Shown: positions 18,443 to 28,936, counted from the first letter of the stretch. The stretch: 64,000 bases of DNA from Planctomycetales bacterium (GCA_030606285.1 JAUWGS010000001.1:176696-240695); one strand, 5' to 3'. Numbers and translations: made by a program. Notes: generated by a model from the letters alone, not told the origin.

Positions 18443-19375
18443 TTAGCCCATCACTCTATATAACACATTCTCGCCACGTCTCTCGGCTACCACAGTGCCT
18501 TCTTCAAGCATATTATTGAGCTGCTTCACTACTTCATTCTCATGAATGCCCAGGCCGGATGCAATGTCCAGCACTGTGCATGGTCGCCGCTTGAGTAGTT
18601 CCAGGATGCTCCCAGTCTGGCTTGCCTTGTCCTCGTGCGTATGGCTTGCGTCAAAAGGAGCAATGACTTCACCGTCGAGCATTGCTGCCAGCTGCTGTAA
18701 TCTCTCTGGAGCGATGCATTCCGCGTATTTCTCTGTCGGCGGTCGTACGACCGTGTTAACCTGTATCCGTTCTGGCCGGATGGTCTCTACGAGATCCGCC
18801 ATAGCAGCGATTTGCTCCGGGCTGTCATTCACACCTCCGACGAGCATCACTTCCAACCAGATTGCGCCTTCATATCTCTTCCTGAAGGTTTGCAGGCCCT
18901 TCAGCATCAGGGCAAAGCTGATGTTCGCATGTGGACGGTTAACTTGTGCAAAAATCTCCGCGCAGCCTGCATCCAGCGAAGGCACAACGAGATCGACGAG
19001 AGCACAGGCTTCAGCAACGCTGTCCAACCACAGGAGAGAACCGTTGGTAATCACTGCAACAGGTATATCCGTGAGTTCTTTAATGCGGGTTATGATTCTC
19101 GCGAGACCAGAGTGAAGCGTTGGTTCACCGGAACCAGACATCGTGATGTAGTCTGCTTCACCGTCCTGTGTAAGCCATTCTGTAACGTCGGCAAGGACTT
19201 CCTCGGTGGGCACGTAGTTCTTGAGTTCAATGGTCTTGGTCGTTGTCGCACCGAGCTGGCAGTAGATGCAGTCATAGGAGCAGGTTTTATAAGGCACCAG
19301 ATCGACGCCGAGAGAAAGGCCTAACCGCCGTGAAGGCACCGGTCCATAAATGTGGGTTTTACGCTGACGAGACAT
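18443..19375 (-). CDS. Radical SAM protein (COG0731/TYW1-like Fe-S oxidoreductase)
   Basis: YGPVPSRRLGLSLG, CSYDCIYC, GSGEPTL, TNGS; C-terminal winged-helix-like tail. Confidence 0.85.
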   Translation of the reverse strand: MSRQRKTHIYGPVPSRRLGLSLGVDLVPYKTCSYDCIYCQLGATTTKTIELKNYVPTEEVLADVTEWLTQDGEADYITMSGSGEPTLHSGLARIITRIKELTDIPVAVITNGSLLWLDSVAEACALVDLVVPSLDAGCAEIFAQVNRPHANISFALMLKGLQTFRKRYEGAIWLEVMLVGGVNDSPEQIAAMADLVETIRPERIQVNTVVRPPTEKYAECIAPERLQQLAAMLDGEVIAPFDASHTHEDKASQTGSILELLKRRPCTVLDIASGLGIHENEVVKQLNNMLEEGTVVAERRGENVLYRVMG

Positions 19376-19447
19376 ACCCAGCTATTCTTGCATACCTCGA
19401 TTGTAGGAGCCTTAGCTTCATCTTGGACTATAATCGATGCTAATCGG

Positions 19448-20536
19448 ATGCCCCAGTTTTCGCTGAAAGTCGATGGCGAAGAAGCGGTCGTTCCGGCGAA
19501 ATTCACTGAAGGGCTGCACGAAAGCTGCCCGGTGAGAACATTCGTCGGACGAGATCTCGCACGTTACGACCGCATATTCAGCCATTTGGCGTCTGGTGGC
19601 ATTGCAGTAATCTCAGGGCCTGTAACTGCCCTGAACAAACTTTTAGTGTACGTTCAACGTAGAAGTACCGATCTTAAGCCTCGTTCCGAGTCGATTCTCA
19701 GCCAGCTAGTGGTCTTAGCGAGGAATGACAATTGTGAGGGCATTGACCCACCCGTGCGTATCCCGTATTTGCATGAGTTCTGCGGCGAAGCCTCACTGGC
19801 CAAAGACCAAGCTCTCCTCGTGCCGCTTACTGCGTTGCGTAGCCTTCAAGATGCCCTTGCACAGAAGTGGCAGGTGGACGCCCTGGGCACCTGGATTGTG
19901 GCTGGTGATGATGTGATTACACCTAAATCACAAGAGACCACGGGACTTTTCCGGGAGGCGATAGCCGCGCAAAAGCTGTGTCTTCCACGTGGAGCGCAGG
20001 TCCTGGACATGGGCTGCGGCAGCGGAGTGCTCACGCTTCTCGCAGCGGTCTCGCTGGAGGACCTGAAGCCGAAAGTCAATGCAACGGATGTGATGCCGGA
20101 GGCAACTGCCTCCACACGCTTGAATGTGGCACGCTTCGCAGATGAAGGTCTAATCGCGCCTAACACCGTCCAGGTTTTGACTGCGGGGAACCTATTCGAT
20201 CCGGTCGGAGATGCATGTTTTGACCTGATCATCTTCAACGCTCCCTGGGTGGTGGCACCGGTAGGCTCACGTGCCGACATCTCACTTAATGACCCGAAGC
20301 AGAAAACGATTGCACGTTTCTTAGAAGAGATGCCGCGACATCTAGAGCGTGAGGGTAGGTTGGTGCTCGGCTACGCTGACAACAGCGGCCAGGGGGCTGT
20401 GGACCGGGTCCTGGAGATGGCGGAGAACGACGGCCTGCGCGTGCTGAAAGAACGTTCGGTTCGTGTGCAGACGCATCGAAAGAAGCGCAAGTGGCAGCGC
20501 ATATATGTCTGGGAGATGGGGCGCAACGTTGACTAG
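19448..20536 (+). CDS. Class I SAM-dependent methyltransferase (HemK/PrmC-like N-methylase)
   Basis: VLDMGCGSG, DLIIFNAPW; start inferred at ATG 19448 after TATAAT. Confidence 0.75.
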   Translation: MPQFSLKVDGEEAVVPAKFTEGLHESCPVRTFVGRDLARYDRIFSHLASGGIAVISGPVTALNKLLVYVQRRSTDLKPRSESILSQLVVLARNDNCEGIDPPVRIPYLHEFCGEASLAKDQALLVPLTALRSLQDALAQKWQVDALGTWIVAGDDVITPKSQETTGLFREAIAAQKLCLPRGAQVLDMGCGSGVLTLLAAVSLEDLKPKVNATDVMPEATASTRLNVARFADEGLIAPNTVQVLTAGNLFDPVGDACFDLIIFNAPWVVAPVGSRADISLNDPKQKTIARFLEEMPRHLEREGRLVLGYADNSGQGAVDRVLEMAENDGLRVLKERSVRVQTHRKKRKWQRIYVWEMGRNVD

Positions 20537-21882
20537 CCAAGCTCTCCCCAGTGAATTATGGGAATCGGTATCTTCTCACGGATGGCAGTGGCGTTGATGT
20601 GGCCGATGCACCCAGCCGAGCAGGTTAGAGCCAGGTCAATCCCCGCGTCCTGCCAGGCTTTTAGTTTGCGGGCGCTCTGTTCAGCCGCAAACTCAGGATA
20701 ACGCAGGTAGAACATGCCGCCATAGCCGCAGCATCCCTCGACATCTGGGAACTCGTGCATCCTCAAGCCCCATTTCTGTAGCACCGAAATCGCGGTTGTC
20801 TTATCTCCTAAAGCGTATCCTAGTGTGCAGGGATTGTGCCACGCGATGCTCAGGTCAGTCCAGGCCGGATGGATCGGCGGCGCAGGAAGCTCGTTGTATA
20901 GCTCCACGTCGAGCACAGGTTCGGGCAGCCGCGCAAGTTCCTTGTCTGCCAGGATTTCCGAATAGCGTTCCTTCACTGTTTTGTAGCAGGTCGGATTAGT
21001 GAAAAGAACACGGCTGTAAGGAGCGTCCGCGAAGGTCTTAGCGTAACTTCTTGCCATCTTCTCGAATGCCTGCTCATCGCCGGTATTGAGCGCACTGGCT
21101 CCACAGCAGGGGGACTTGAACTCAACATCCACCCGGAATCCCAACGAATTCAGCAGTCTGACGGTGCCTGCGAATGCACTGGGGAAATGGATGTCAGTCA
21201 GGCAATCGAGAAAATAGCCAATTGTGCCGCGCTCAGGCTGGGCAACGTTCTGATGGTTGCGGATGTAGTCGTAGGCGCGTCCTCGCGCGAGCGCTGAAGC
21301 TGGCAGAGGAAATTCCGTTTTGCCCAGGAAAAGAGTGGGGGAACGAGCGCCGAGAGTGGAGATGGGATGATCGCGCGAGCGCTTCGCAAGCGCTGAGCGT
21401 AGCCTGTCGTTGATGCGCACCCGCTTCGCAGCCCACGGTAGTAGTGAGAACGGAAACGCACCCATCTCGGCAAGAAGGCGTGTGTTTCCCCGCTCTGCAA
21501 GTACTGACCGCATCAGCCATCGCATATACCACGGGGGAGGATGCTTGCGAGCGACTTCGAAGCGCATCGCCTCGAATATTGGCACAGTCGCTATCATTGA
21601 CGGACATACTTCAAGACAGCGGTAGCACCTCAAACAGAAGTTCAAGAATTCGTTCAGCTCGCGGCTGTCGCGCCAATCGACTGCGCCGTTGTCTCGCGGA
21701 TCGCCAAAAAGAGAAGGGGGAAGCGAGGAGAAGTCACCTCGCATCGCGCTGGCTAGTAGGATTTTCCCTCTCGCGGCAAAGCCTTCATTACCGGTAGCCT
21801 CGTAGGTCGGACATACGGAATGGCACTTGGCGCAGTAGGCGCAGGATAAAGGGTCAATCCTGTAATCCTTTGTGGAGCGCAC
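20533..21882 (-). CDS. (Fe-S)-binding protein, GlcF/GlpC-like with two CCG domains
   Basis: Two CxxCxxCxxxCP motifs, CCGA, HNPC, CCGYGG, CAGC. Confidence 0.85.
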   Translation of the reverse strand: MRSTKDYRIDPLSCAYCAKCHSVCPTYEATGNEGFAARGKILLASAMRGDFSSLPPSLFGDPRDNGAVDWRDSRELNEFLNFCLRCYRCLEVCPSMIATVPIFEAMRFEVARKHPPPWYMRWLMRSVLAERGNTRLLAEMGAFPFSLLPWAAKRVRINDRLRSALAKRSRDHPISTLGARSPTLFLGKTEFPLPASALARGRAYDYIRNHQNVAQPERGTIGYFLDCLTDIHFPSAFAGTVRLLNSLGFRVDVEFKSPCCGASALNTGDEQAFEKMARSYAKTFADAPYSRVLFTNPTCYKTVKERYSEILADKELARLPEPVLDVELYNELPAPPIHPAWTDLSIAWHNPCTLGYALGDKTTAISVLQKWGLRMHEFPDVEGCCGYGGMFYLRYPEFAAEQSARKLKAWQDAGIDLALTCSAGCIGHINATAIREKIPIPIIHWGELG

Positions 21883-21959
21883 AACACCCGAATATTAGCA
21901 CAGTGCTGACTGTGTTGCTTCATAGAGCCTATCCGGGTTATGCTAAAATCCTATATATA

Positions 21960-22859
21960 ATGGATGTTCATCAACTGCGCGTATTCGCTTCTGTATTCAA
22001 GAACAGGAGCTTCTCGAAGGCGTCCCGAGAACTGAAGCTCACGCAGCCAACAGTCAGTAATCACGTAATGAGTCTGGAGAAGGAACTCGGCTGTAAGCTC
22101 TTCGATCGAACAGGCCGCAGAGTGATCCCAACAGAAGAGTCGGAAGTGCTCTATCTTCACGCCCTGGACCTGACCGAGAAACTTGATGGGATACCGGATG
22201 CCATCCGAGGTGTAAACCGGGACATAGCAGGCGAGCTTGTCATCGGAGCGAGCACTATCCCAGGGACCTACATCCTCCCGGTAATCGCCGCGGACTTCGT
22301 GAAGCGATATCCTGACGTTTCGTTCGAAATCCGACTTGGGGATACAGAGGAAATAGCCAACCTGGTGCTGAACCACGAAATATTGCTCGGTACCGTCGGC
22401 GCAAAAACCGTTCGCAGTAAGCTCGATTACCAGCCTTTTGTGGAGGATGAACTTGTTCTGGCAGGTTCCCCAAAGCTCATTGATCGCGGCACGGTCTCAT
22501 TGGAGCAGCTTAGTACGGTTCCGTTCCTTCTGAGAGAGGAAGGCTCGGGCACGAGGAGAGTAATGGAGGAGTACCTCGCGAAGAAGGGATTAGGCGTCAA
22601 AGACCTCAACGTAGTGGCAATTCTCGGTTCAACTGACTCCGTAAGAGAGGCCATCAAGGTGGGTCTCGGCGCATCGATTCTGTCGAAATTCGCGCTTGCG
22701 GAAGAACTCACAGCCAGCAGGTTTGAAGTGGCCAGGATAAGAGGTCTCAGAATGAAGCGGAAGTTCTTCGTCATTTCGCACAAAAAGCGGACTCTGCCAA
22801 CGCGCTACCGGCTTTTCGTCGAGGACCTGACGCGGCGGTCCGTGAAGGCTGCGTCCTAG
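21960..22859 (+). CDS. LysR-family transcriptional regulator (CysL/selenium-metabolism-associated type)
   Basis: SFSKASRELKLTQPTVS HTH, GASTIPGTY, REEGSGTR. Confidence 0.9.
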   Translation: MDVHQLRVFASVFKNRSFSKASRELKLTQPTVSNHVMSLEKELGCKLFDRTGRRVIPTEESEVLYLHALDLTEKLDGIPDAIRGVNRDIAGELVIGASTIPGTYILPVIAADFVKRYPDVSFEIRLGDTEEIANLVLNHEILLGTVGAKTVRSKLDYQPFVEDELVLAGSPKLIDRGTVSLEQLSTVPFLLREEGSGTRRVMEEYLAKKGLGVKDLNVVAILGSTDSVREAIKVGLGASILSKFALAEELTASRFEVARIRGLRMKRKFFVISHKKRTLPTRYRLFVEDLTRRSVKAAS

Positions 22860-22937
22860 TAGTGGCTCCTTAAGTGTTTTAGAGGCGGAATAGCTCCCTA
22901 CACTCCTGTTGGATTGTGAATAGCTTCAGCATATACT

Positions 22938-22981
22938 ATAGACATACACTATTGGACATATTGCGGCTAGCTATTTATAAT
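22938..22981 (+). promoter_or_regulatory. LysR-type box plus promoter of the double-cubane protein operon
   Basis: ATAG-N7-CTAT (22938-22952) abutting TGGACA, 17 nt spacer, TATAAT (22953-22981). Confidence 0.6.
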
Positions 22982-23016
22982 GCGTCCCGTTCAATGAAGT
23001 CCCCGAGGAGGCATTG

Positions 23017-24300
23017 ATGGAAGTCAACTATGAACCCATGTGGGAATCGCTGGGACTTGATCTGGCGGCACACGACGAGCTGCTGCGGATTCTTGGCGAA
23101 GGCTATTCGAACATCTTTCTTTCGCAAGAGAATCGCCCTGAAGGTATGAGCTACTTCGATTTTGTGATGAGCGAAGTTCACGGTTTGCGGGTTAAGGAAC
23201 TGATTGACGGGCAAAACGAAGGGCGAAAGGTCATTGGCTCATTTTGCGTCTTCGTGCCGGAAGAGATTGTCCGAGCGGCCGACGCCACATTAGTCGGGCT
23301 GTGCACCGGCGCCGACTTCGCAACTGACGAAGTAGACAAGCTATTGCCGCGTAATACCTGCGCGCTCATCAAGTCAGCTTTCGGTTTCAAGCTGGGGAAG
23401 GTTTGCCCTTACATCGAAGCGGCGGATATGCTCGTGGGGGAAAACACCTGTGACGGGAAGAAGAAGTCCTTTGAAGTTCTGGGTAGGCTTGTGGATAACC
23501 TATATGTGATGGACATTCCACAGATGAAGTCCTCCGAGGGGAGAACGCTTCTCAGGGCTGAGTATGCCCGCTTCAAGGATGCAGTAGAAGAGTTGACAGG
23601 GATCAGTATTGACGGCGCGCGGCTGAAGAGAGGTATCGAGATCACCAACAATAAGCGTCGTGCCGTTCACCGTCTAAACAGCTTTCGGTGCGCTGATCCT
23701 GCGCCCATCTCTGGATTGGATGCTCTTCTCGCCAACCAGGTCTACTTTTACGACGACCCGGTTCGCTTCGCAGACTCCGTCAACAAGATATCTGACGAAT
23801 TGGAGCCGCGTGTTCAGAGTGGAGAGGGTACGTTCCCGAAGGGAACGCCCCGAATCCTGATGTCTGGGTGCCCGATGGCCGTGCCAAACTGGAAGGTTCC
23901 CTGGATAATCGAGACCTCCGGTGCTGTGATTGTGGGTGAGGAGGCCTGTGTCGGAGAGAGGGGAACCCAGAACCTGACGAGTGACGCCGGGAAGACCATT
24001 GAAGAACTCATGGAGAATATTTTAGACCGCTACTTCCAGATAGACTGCGCCGTATTCACTCCGAATCCGGATCGTCAGCAGCACATTGAGGAGATGTACG
24101 AGCGCTACAACGCAGATGGCGTCATTCACTACGGTCTCCAGTTCTGTCAGCCTTACCAGTTCGAGTCCATGAACGTTGAGACTGCTCTTGAGAAGAAGGG
24201 CATTCCTACACTCAGGATTGACACCGACTACAGCATGGAAGATGTTGGGCAGTTGAAAACTCGAATCGAAGCGTTTATTGAGAGGATATCGCAGCTGTAG
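23017..24300 (+). CDS. 2-hydroxyacyl-CoA dehydratase family protein, double-cubane-cluster (DCCP) type
   Basis: FCVF, CALIKS, ENTCDGKKK, GCP, EEACVG, IDCAVF, FCQPY, DTDYS...TRIEAF; GAGGAGG RBS. Confidence 0.8.
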   Translation: MEVNYEPMWESLGLDLAAHDELLRILGEGYSNIFLSQENRPEGMSYFDFVMSEVHGLRVKELIDGQNEGRKVIGSFCVFVPEEIVRAADATLVGLCTGADFATDEVDKLLPRNTCALIKSAFGFKLGKVCPYIEAADMLVGENTCDGKKKSFEVLGRLVDNLYVMDIPQMKSSEGRTLLRAEYARFKDAVEELTGISIDGARLKRGIEITNNKRRAVHRLNSFRCADPAPISGLDALLANQVYFYDDPVRFADSVNKISDELEPRVQSGEGTFPKGTPRILMSGCPMAVPNWKVPWIIETSGAVIVGEEACVGERGTQNLTSDAGKTIEELMENILDRYFQIDCAVFTPNPDRQQHIEEMYERYNADGVIHYGLQFCQPYQFESMNVETALEKKGIPTLRIDTDYSMEDVGQLKTRIEAFIERISQL

Positions 24301-24311
24301 CGGAATATCAA

Positions 24312-25073
24312 ATGACTTACGTCGGGATAGACATTGGGTCCAGAAGCATCGAACTCGTCGTGCTGAAAGATGGTTGCGTAACCACAAGCCGTCGCGATGA
24401 TACGACCTACGACCCGATGGCGCAGTGCCGGCGGCTACTGGACGGCGTTTCTTATTCCCGCTTGATTGCCACGGGCTACGGGCGTGGGCTTCTCACTGAG
24501 CACTTCCCTGCGACTACGATTACAGAGATCCAGGCTTATGCGCTGGGAGCGCGGAAGCTGTTTCCTGACTGTCGACTTATTCTCGATATCGGCGGGCAGG
24601 ATACAAAGGCGATAGCTCTCTCAGAGCATGGAGATGTCAGAAAGTTTGAGATGAACGACCGATGCGCTGCTGGCACGGGGAAGTTCCTGGAGGTTATGGC
24701 TGCGAGCTTTCAGATCCCGCTTGAGGACTTCGGTGTCTTTGCGCTGGAGGGACGGCCAGGGACTACCATCAGCAGCATGTGCACCGTCTTCGCTGAATCC
24801 GAAGTTACATCACTGATGGCGCGGGGCAATTGTCCAGAGGATGTTGCACTCGCAGTCCACGTCTCCGTCGTTCGCCGGTCAGTTTCTATGCTGAAACGTG
24901 TTTCAGTAGCGGGACCGCTTGTGTTTGCCGGAGGCGTCGCGCTGAACCCGTGCGTTCGTAAGCTGCTTGCCAAAGAGGTTACCTGTGATGTCATAGTGCC
25001 GGATGAGCCAGCGTCGGTTGGGGCGCTGGGCGCAGCGCTCTATGCGATGAGAGTAGCAGGTTCCGAGAACTAG
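24312..25073 (+). CDS. Acyl-CoA dehydratase activase / ATP-dependent reductase (DCCP-R-like)
   Basis: GIDIGS, ATGYGR, DIGGQDTK, MNDRCAAGTG, SMCTVFAESE. Confidence 0.9.
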   Translation: MTYVGIDIGSRSIELVVLKDGCVTTSRRDDTTYDPMAQCRRLLDGVSYSRLIATGYGRGLLTEHFPATTITEIQAYALGARKLFPDCRLILDIGGQDTKAIALSEHGDVRKFEMNDRCAAGTGKFLEVMAASFQIPLEDFGVFALEGRPGTTISSMCTVFAESEVTSLMARGNCPEDVALAVHVSVVRRSVSMLKRVSVAGPLVFAGGVALNPCVRKLLAKEVTCDVIVPDEPASVGALGAALYAMRVAGSEN

Positions 25074-25107
25074 CGCCATTCCATCTGCGCTGGGCTACAA
25101 TAGCCCT

Positions 25108-26337
25108 GTGCGCGTGCTCATCAAGACTTTCGGCTGCAAGGTCAACTACGCCGATACAGAAGCACTTGTTTGTGCTCTAGCTAAGTATGGTCATCAGTGC
25201 AGCCACGTATCAAGCGGTTGGAGCAAGGCTGCTCAGCCCGATATCATTATTGTGAACACATGTGCCGTGACGGCGGGCGCAGTGAAGAAAGCGAGACAGT
25301 TTGAGCGACGCTGCCTGCGTGAATTCCCGCAAGCCAGACTCATTGTCACTGGCTGTGCGGCGCGTGAGGAGAGCATAGCCTCTCAGTTTGCATCGCTTGG
25401 CGCTGCGATACTCGGCAATCCCGATTCGATTCCTGATGAGCTGGGGCAGGGTGGGTCACCTGTCTCTATTCCGCCAGACACGCGCACGCGGCGCTTTATC
25501 AAGATACAGGATGGCTGCAACAGTTTCTGTGCTTACTGCATCATCCCTTACGTTCGACCTATGGAGTGCAAACCAGGAGAGCAAGTAATTGCTGAGATCG
25601 CAGAGAACGTGGATGCTGGAACACCAGAGATAGTCCTGTGCGGGATCAACCTGGGCCTATACAGCGATCCTGATAATGGCTACAGTCTCATCCAACTACT
25701 GCAGCGAGTTCTTAAAGCACTCCCGGAGTCATCCAGGCTGCGGTTGTCTTCCATTGAGCCGGAGCACGTGAAAGACGAGTTGCTGGAGCTATTCTCGCAC
25801 CCGCGTCTCTGCCCGCATTTGCACCTTCCACTGCAGTCGGGCAGTGACTCTGTACTAGCAGCGATGCGGCGGAAGTACGATAGCGCATACTACAGGAGCC
25901 TGGTTGGGAAATTCCGGAAGCTACACCCCGCTGCGGCAGTGACAACAGATCTGATGGTCGGTTTCCCGACGGAAACAGAGGATGATTTCGAAGCCACCTG
26001 CGAAATGGTTCGCGCATGCGCATTTGAGCGAGTCCATATCTTCCGGTTCAGCACAAGGCCTGGCACCAGTGCGAGTGACTTGGGGCAACTTCAAAGCGCT
26101 GTTGTCAGCCGGCGGCAGGAAGAGCTCCGGGTATTGTGTCGGCTCGTAACCAGCGAAGCCCTTAGCAGATTCGTTGGTAAGGAGTGTGAGGTCGCTATCG
26201 AGGACAACGCCTGCGGTTACGGTGAAGCCTATCAGCGTGTCTGCCTAAAGCCATACTCTGGTGTAAGCGGGCTGGTCGCTGTGAGTCTCGATGCGCTTGA
26301 AGGAGACGTTTTCAAAGGAACGGCATTGCGCGTGTGA
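25108..26337 (+). CDS. mtaB: MiaB/MtaB-family radical SAM methylthiotransferase, probably MtaB
   Basis: TFGCKVN, NTCAVT, TGC, IQDGCNSFCAYC, LSSIEP, HLPLQSG, HIFRFSTRPGT. Confidence 0.8.
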   Translation: MRVLIKTFGCKVNYADTEALVCALAKYGHQCSHVSSGWSKAAQPDIIIVNTCAVTAGAVKKARQFERRCLREFPQARLIVTGCAAREESIASQFASLGAAILGNPDSIPDELGQGGSPVSIPPDTRTRRFIKIQDGCNSFCAYCIIPYVRPMECKPGEQVIAEIAENVDAGTPEIVLCGINLGLYSDPDNGYSLIQLLQRVLKALPESSRLRLSSIEPEHVKDELLELFSHPRLCPHLHLPLQSGSDSVLAAMRRKYDSAYYRSLVGKFRKLHPAAAVTTDLMVGFPTETEDDFEATCEMVRACAFERVHIFRFSTRPGTSASDLGQLQSAVVSRRQEELRVLCRLVTSEALSRFVGKECEVAIEDNACGYGEAYQRVCLKPYSGVSGLVAVSLDALEGDVFKGTALRV

Positions 26338-26402
26338 GTACAGGTTTGCTGACTGGGCGTGGTGGTCAAACTCTGCTGAAAATAATAGAGCTGCCCCGAA
26401 GG

Positions 26403-26450
26403 ACCGCTCCACTTCCTTCCCCCATCATAGTTGAAGGAGTGGGCGGTTTT
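26403..26450. terminator. Hairpin terminator between convergent mtaB and oxidoreductase operon
   Basis: ACCGCTCCACTTCCTTC ... GAAGGAGTGGGCGGT stem, T-tract on the + strand. Confidence 0.6.
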
Positions 26451-27012
26451 ATTTAGCAGCGGCCTTGAGTTGAGCTTCCGCCGCCTTCTTGCCTTCGTGA
26501 TATGCCTTGAGGTTCATTTCGAGCATATCCTTGTGGTGCGCGGGAAGGGCCCAATCTATGCCCTTCTCCATGTTCGCGTCGTCAATTACCTCGCGCGTCG
26601 CTGCGAAAGCTCCCAGAGCTGCAACGGAGGCAAGTACTGGGTGTCCGACCTCCGTAGCGATGTCCGCAGTGGGAATATAGACTACCGATAGGTCGTCGCG
26701 CTCACTGCGTTGCGGCGATAGGTTCGTGTTTACGACCAAAACCCCACCGGGTGCCATCAAAGGTTCGAACTTGTCGAAGCTGGGTGCGTTCATGACGATA
26801 ACGCCGTTGGGATGATGGGTGTGAGGGCTGCCAATGATCTCGTCGCTGATGACCACGTTGCAGTTAGCGGTACCTCCGCGACTTTCCGGCCCATAGCTGG
26901 GAATCCAGGCTGTGTAGAAGTCCTGGATCATTCCAGCGTAAGCGATGATCTGGCCGATGGTCATAATGCCTTGACCGCCAAAACCAGCGAAAACATATTC
27001 TTCCAGTAACAT
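26449..27012 (-). CDS. 2-oxoacid:ferredoxin oxidoreductase gamma subunit
   Basis: AGFGGQG, PSYGPESRGGTA. Confidence 0.9.
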   Translation of the reverse strand: MLLEEYVFAGFGGQGIMTIGQIIAYAGMIQDFYTAWIPSYGPESRGGTANCNVVISDEIIGSPHTHHPNGVIVMNAPSFDKFEPLMAPGGVLVVNTNLSPQRSERDDLSVVYIPTADIATEVGHPVLASVAALGAFAATREVIDDANMEKGIDWALPAHHKDMLEMNLKAYHEGKKAAEAQLKAAAK

Positions 27013-27015
27013 CGT

Positions 27016-27822
27016 TTAGCCCTCCTCCTTTGCAGTCTGTTTAGCAGCCTCTTCTTGCCAGACATCCTTGTACACACCCAGGGGGAAGTTCTTCGTCATC
27101 TGCTCCTCGATGAACTTCACTCCTTCCTGAGGCGTCATGTGCCAATTGACGTTGCAGTTGCTCAAGACCTCGACCATTGAGAAGCCTTTATCCTCCAGTT
27201 GTGCTCTGAAAGCCTTCTTGATAGCTGCTTTGGCCTTGAGGATATGCTTGGCGTCGTGCATGCTCACACGGGCAATGTACGCCGCCCCCTGAAGCGGTGC
27301 CAACATCTCGCTCATTTTCATCGGCCAGCCGATGCGCTTGGCGTCGCGCCCAAGCGGTGAAGTCGTGGTCTTCATGCCAAGCAGTGTAGTCGGCGCCATT
27401 TGACCGCCGGTCATGCCGTAGATTGCGTTGTTAACGAAAATACACGTAACACGCTCGCCACGGTTGCAGGCATGAATGGTTTCAGCGGTGCCGATAGCCG
27501 CCAGATCACCGTCTCCCTGGTATGTCATCAACACTGAGTCGGGGCGCATGCGCTTCGCGCCGGTGGCGACTGCAAGCGCCCTGCCGTGTGGCACGCTGAT
27601 GAAATCGAAGTCGAAGAACTCGTAGCTGAACACACTACAGCCGACGGACGCGATGCCAATACAGCGGTGCTGGATGCCCAGCTCGTCGATCACCTCGGCG
27701 ATAATCTTGTGTGTCGTCCCGTGATTGCAGCCCGGGCAGTAGGTGAATGGTGTATCAGTAAGCGATTTAGGTCGTTCGGCAACAACCTTGTATTCAGTTC
27801 CTTCAATGGTTATAACATCCAT
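27016..27822 (-). CDS. 2-oxoacid:ferredoxin oxidoreductase beta (TPP-binding) subunit, VOR-like
   Basis: YCPGC, VGCS, HGRA, QGDGDLAAIG, NNAIYGMTGGQMAPTT. Confidence 0.9.
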   Translation of the reverse strand: MDVITIEGTEYKVVAERPKSLTDTPFTYCPGCNHGTTHKIIAEVIDELGIQHRCIGIASVGCSVFSYEFFDFDFISVPHGRALAVATGAKRMRPDSVLMTYQGDGDLAAIGTAETIHACNRGERVTCIFVNNAIYGMTGGQMAPTTLLGMKTTTSPLGRDAKRIGWPMKMSEMLAPLQGAAYIARVSMHDAKHILKAKAAIKKAFRAQLEDKGFSMVEVLSNCNVNWHMTPQEGVKFIEEQMTKNFPLGVYKDVWQEEAAKQTAKEEG

Positions 27823-27832
27823 CGCCGTCCTC

Positions 27833-28936
27833 CTATGATACGTGCCAGAGCGTATTCGGCTCTTCTGGATTCTTGAGAATCGCCCGAATTGGCTCTGTCA
27901 GATCCTCGGGGGTGAACGTCAGTCCCCCGTGTTTTGCAACGAAGTGCACGGGCTTCTTGTCCAGAACTGCGAGCTTCACATCCTCGATCATCTGGCCCCA
28001 ATTCATCTCCGGCACAAGTATGGCTTTAACACGCTTGCTGTCCGCGTATTTTCTTATAGCGTCGTACGGGAACGGCCATACGGTAATGGGCCTAAACAGG
28101 CCAACCTTCAAGCCTTCCTGTCGAAGGATGCGGATCGCGCTGTGCGTGACGCGGCTGGGTGAGCCGATGGCTACAACTAGGACTTCCGCGTCTTCTGTGA
28201 GATACTCGTCGTATCGCACTTCTTCTTTTTTGAGCCTTTCGTACTTGTCGATGAGCTTCTCGTGCGCCACCGCCATATCCACCGGGTCGAGCCAGATCGA
28301 TGTGAGTACGTGACGTTCGCGTCCTTCCTGAAACTCGTCGAGTTGCCACTCGCTCTTATCCGGCGGATCCATCCACGGCATACTGGCGTAATCCACAGGC
28401 TCCATCATCTGGCCGATTGTGCCATCAGTGAGAACCATTGCCGGATTGCGCCACTTGTCCGCCAGAATGAACGCATCGTATATGAACTGGGCCATTTCCT
28501 GCACTGAATTGGGTGCGAGGGTAATCAGCCGGTAATCGCCATGCCCGCCGCCTTTGGTTGTCTGGAAGTAATCTCCCTGGTGCGGTGCAATGTTCCCCAA
28601 TCCGGGACCGCAACGCACCACGTTCATGACCACCATTGGAAGCTCCATCATAGCGATGTAGGAAAGCCCTTCCTGCTTCAGTGAGATGCCGGGTGAGCTG
28701 GAACTCGTCATGGCACGGGCGCCGGTCGCCGAGGCCCCCATTATCATGTTTATCGCCGCTACCTCGCTCTCCGACTGGATGAATGTTCCCCCGTGCTCCC
28801 AGATGTGGGCGCTCATGTACTCCGTGACTTCGTTTTGGGGTGTGATTGGATAACCGAAGTAGGCTTTGCATCCTGCGCGATAGGCACCTTCGCAGGCTGC
28901 GTGATTTCCCTTCATAAACACACGTTCGTCAGACAT
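27833..28936 (-). CDS. 2-oxoacid:ferredoxin oxidoreductase alpha subunit (2-ketoisovalerate/VOR-like)
   Basis: KGN, FGYPITPQ, ESE, TSSSSPGISLK, GGGHGDY. Confidence 0.9.
   Translation of the reverse strand: MSDERVFMKGNHAACEGAYRAGCKAYFGYPITPQNEVTEYMSAHIWEHGGTFIQSESEVAAINMIMGASATGARAMTSSSSPGISLKQEGLSYIAMMELPMVVMNVVRCGPGLGNIAPHQGDYFQTTKGGGHGDYRLITLAPNSVQEMAQFIYDAFILADKWRNPAMVLTDGTIGQMMEPVDYASMPWMDPPDKSEWQLDEFQEGRERHVLTSIWLDPVDMAVAHEKLIDKYERLKKEEVRYDEYLTEDAEVLVVAIGSPSRVTHSAIRILRQEGLKVGLFRPITVWPFPYDAIRKYADSKRVKAILVPEMNWGQMIEDVKLAVLDKKPVHFVAKHGGLTFTPEDLTEPIRAILKNPEEPNTLWHVS

Noticed and set aside
20533..25073. Selenocysteine read-through near the selenium-type LysR
   Set aside because: All ORFs are full length with Cys motifs and end in TAG; no in-frame TGA is needed
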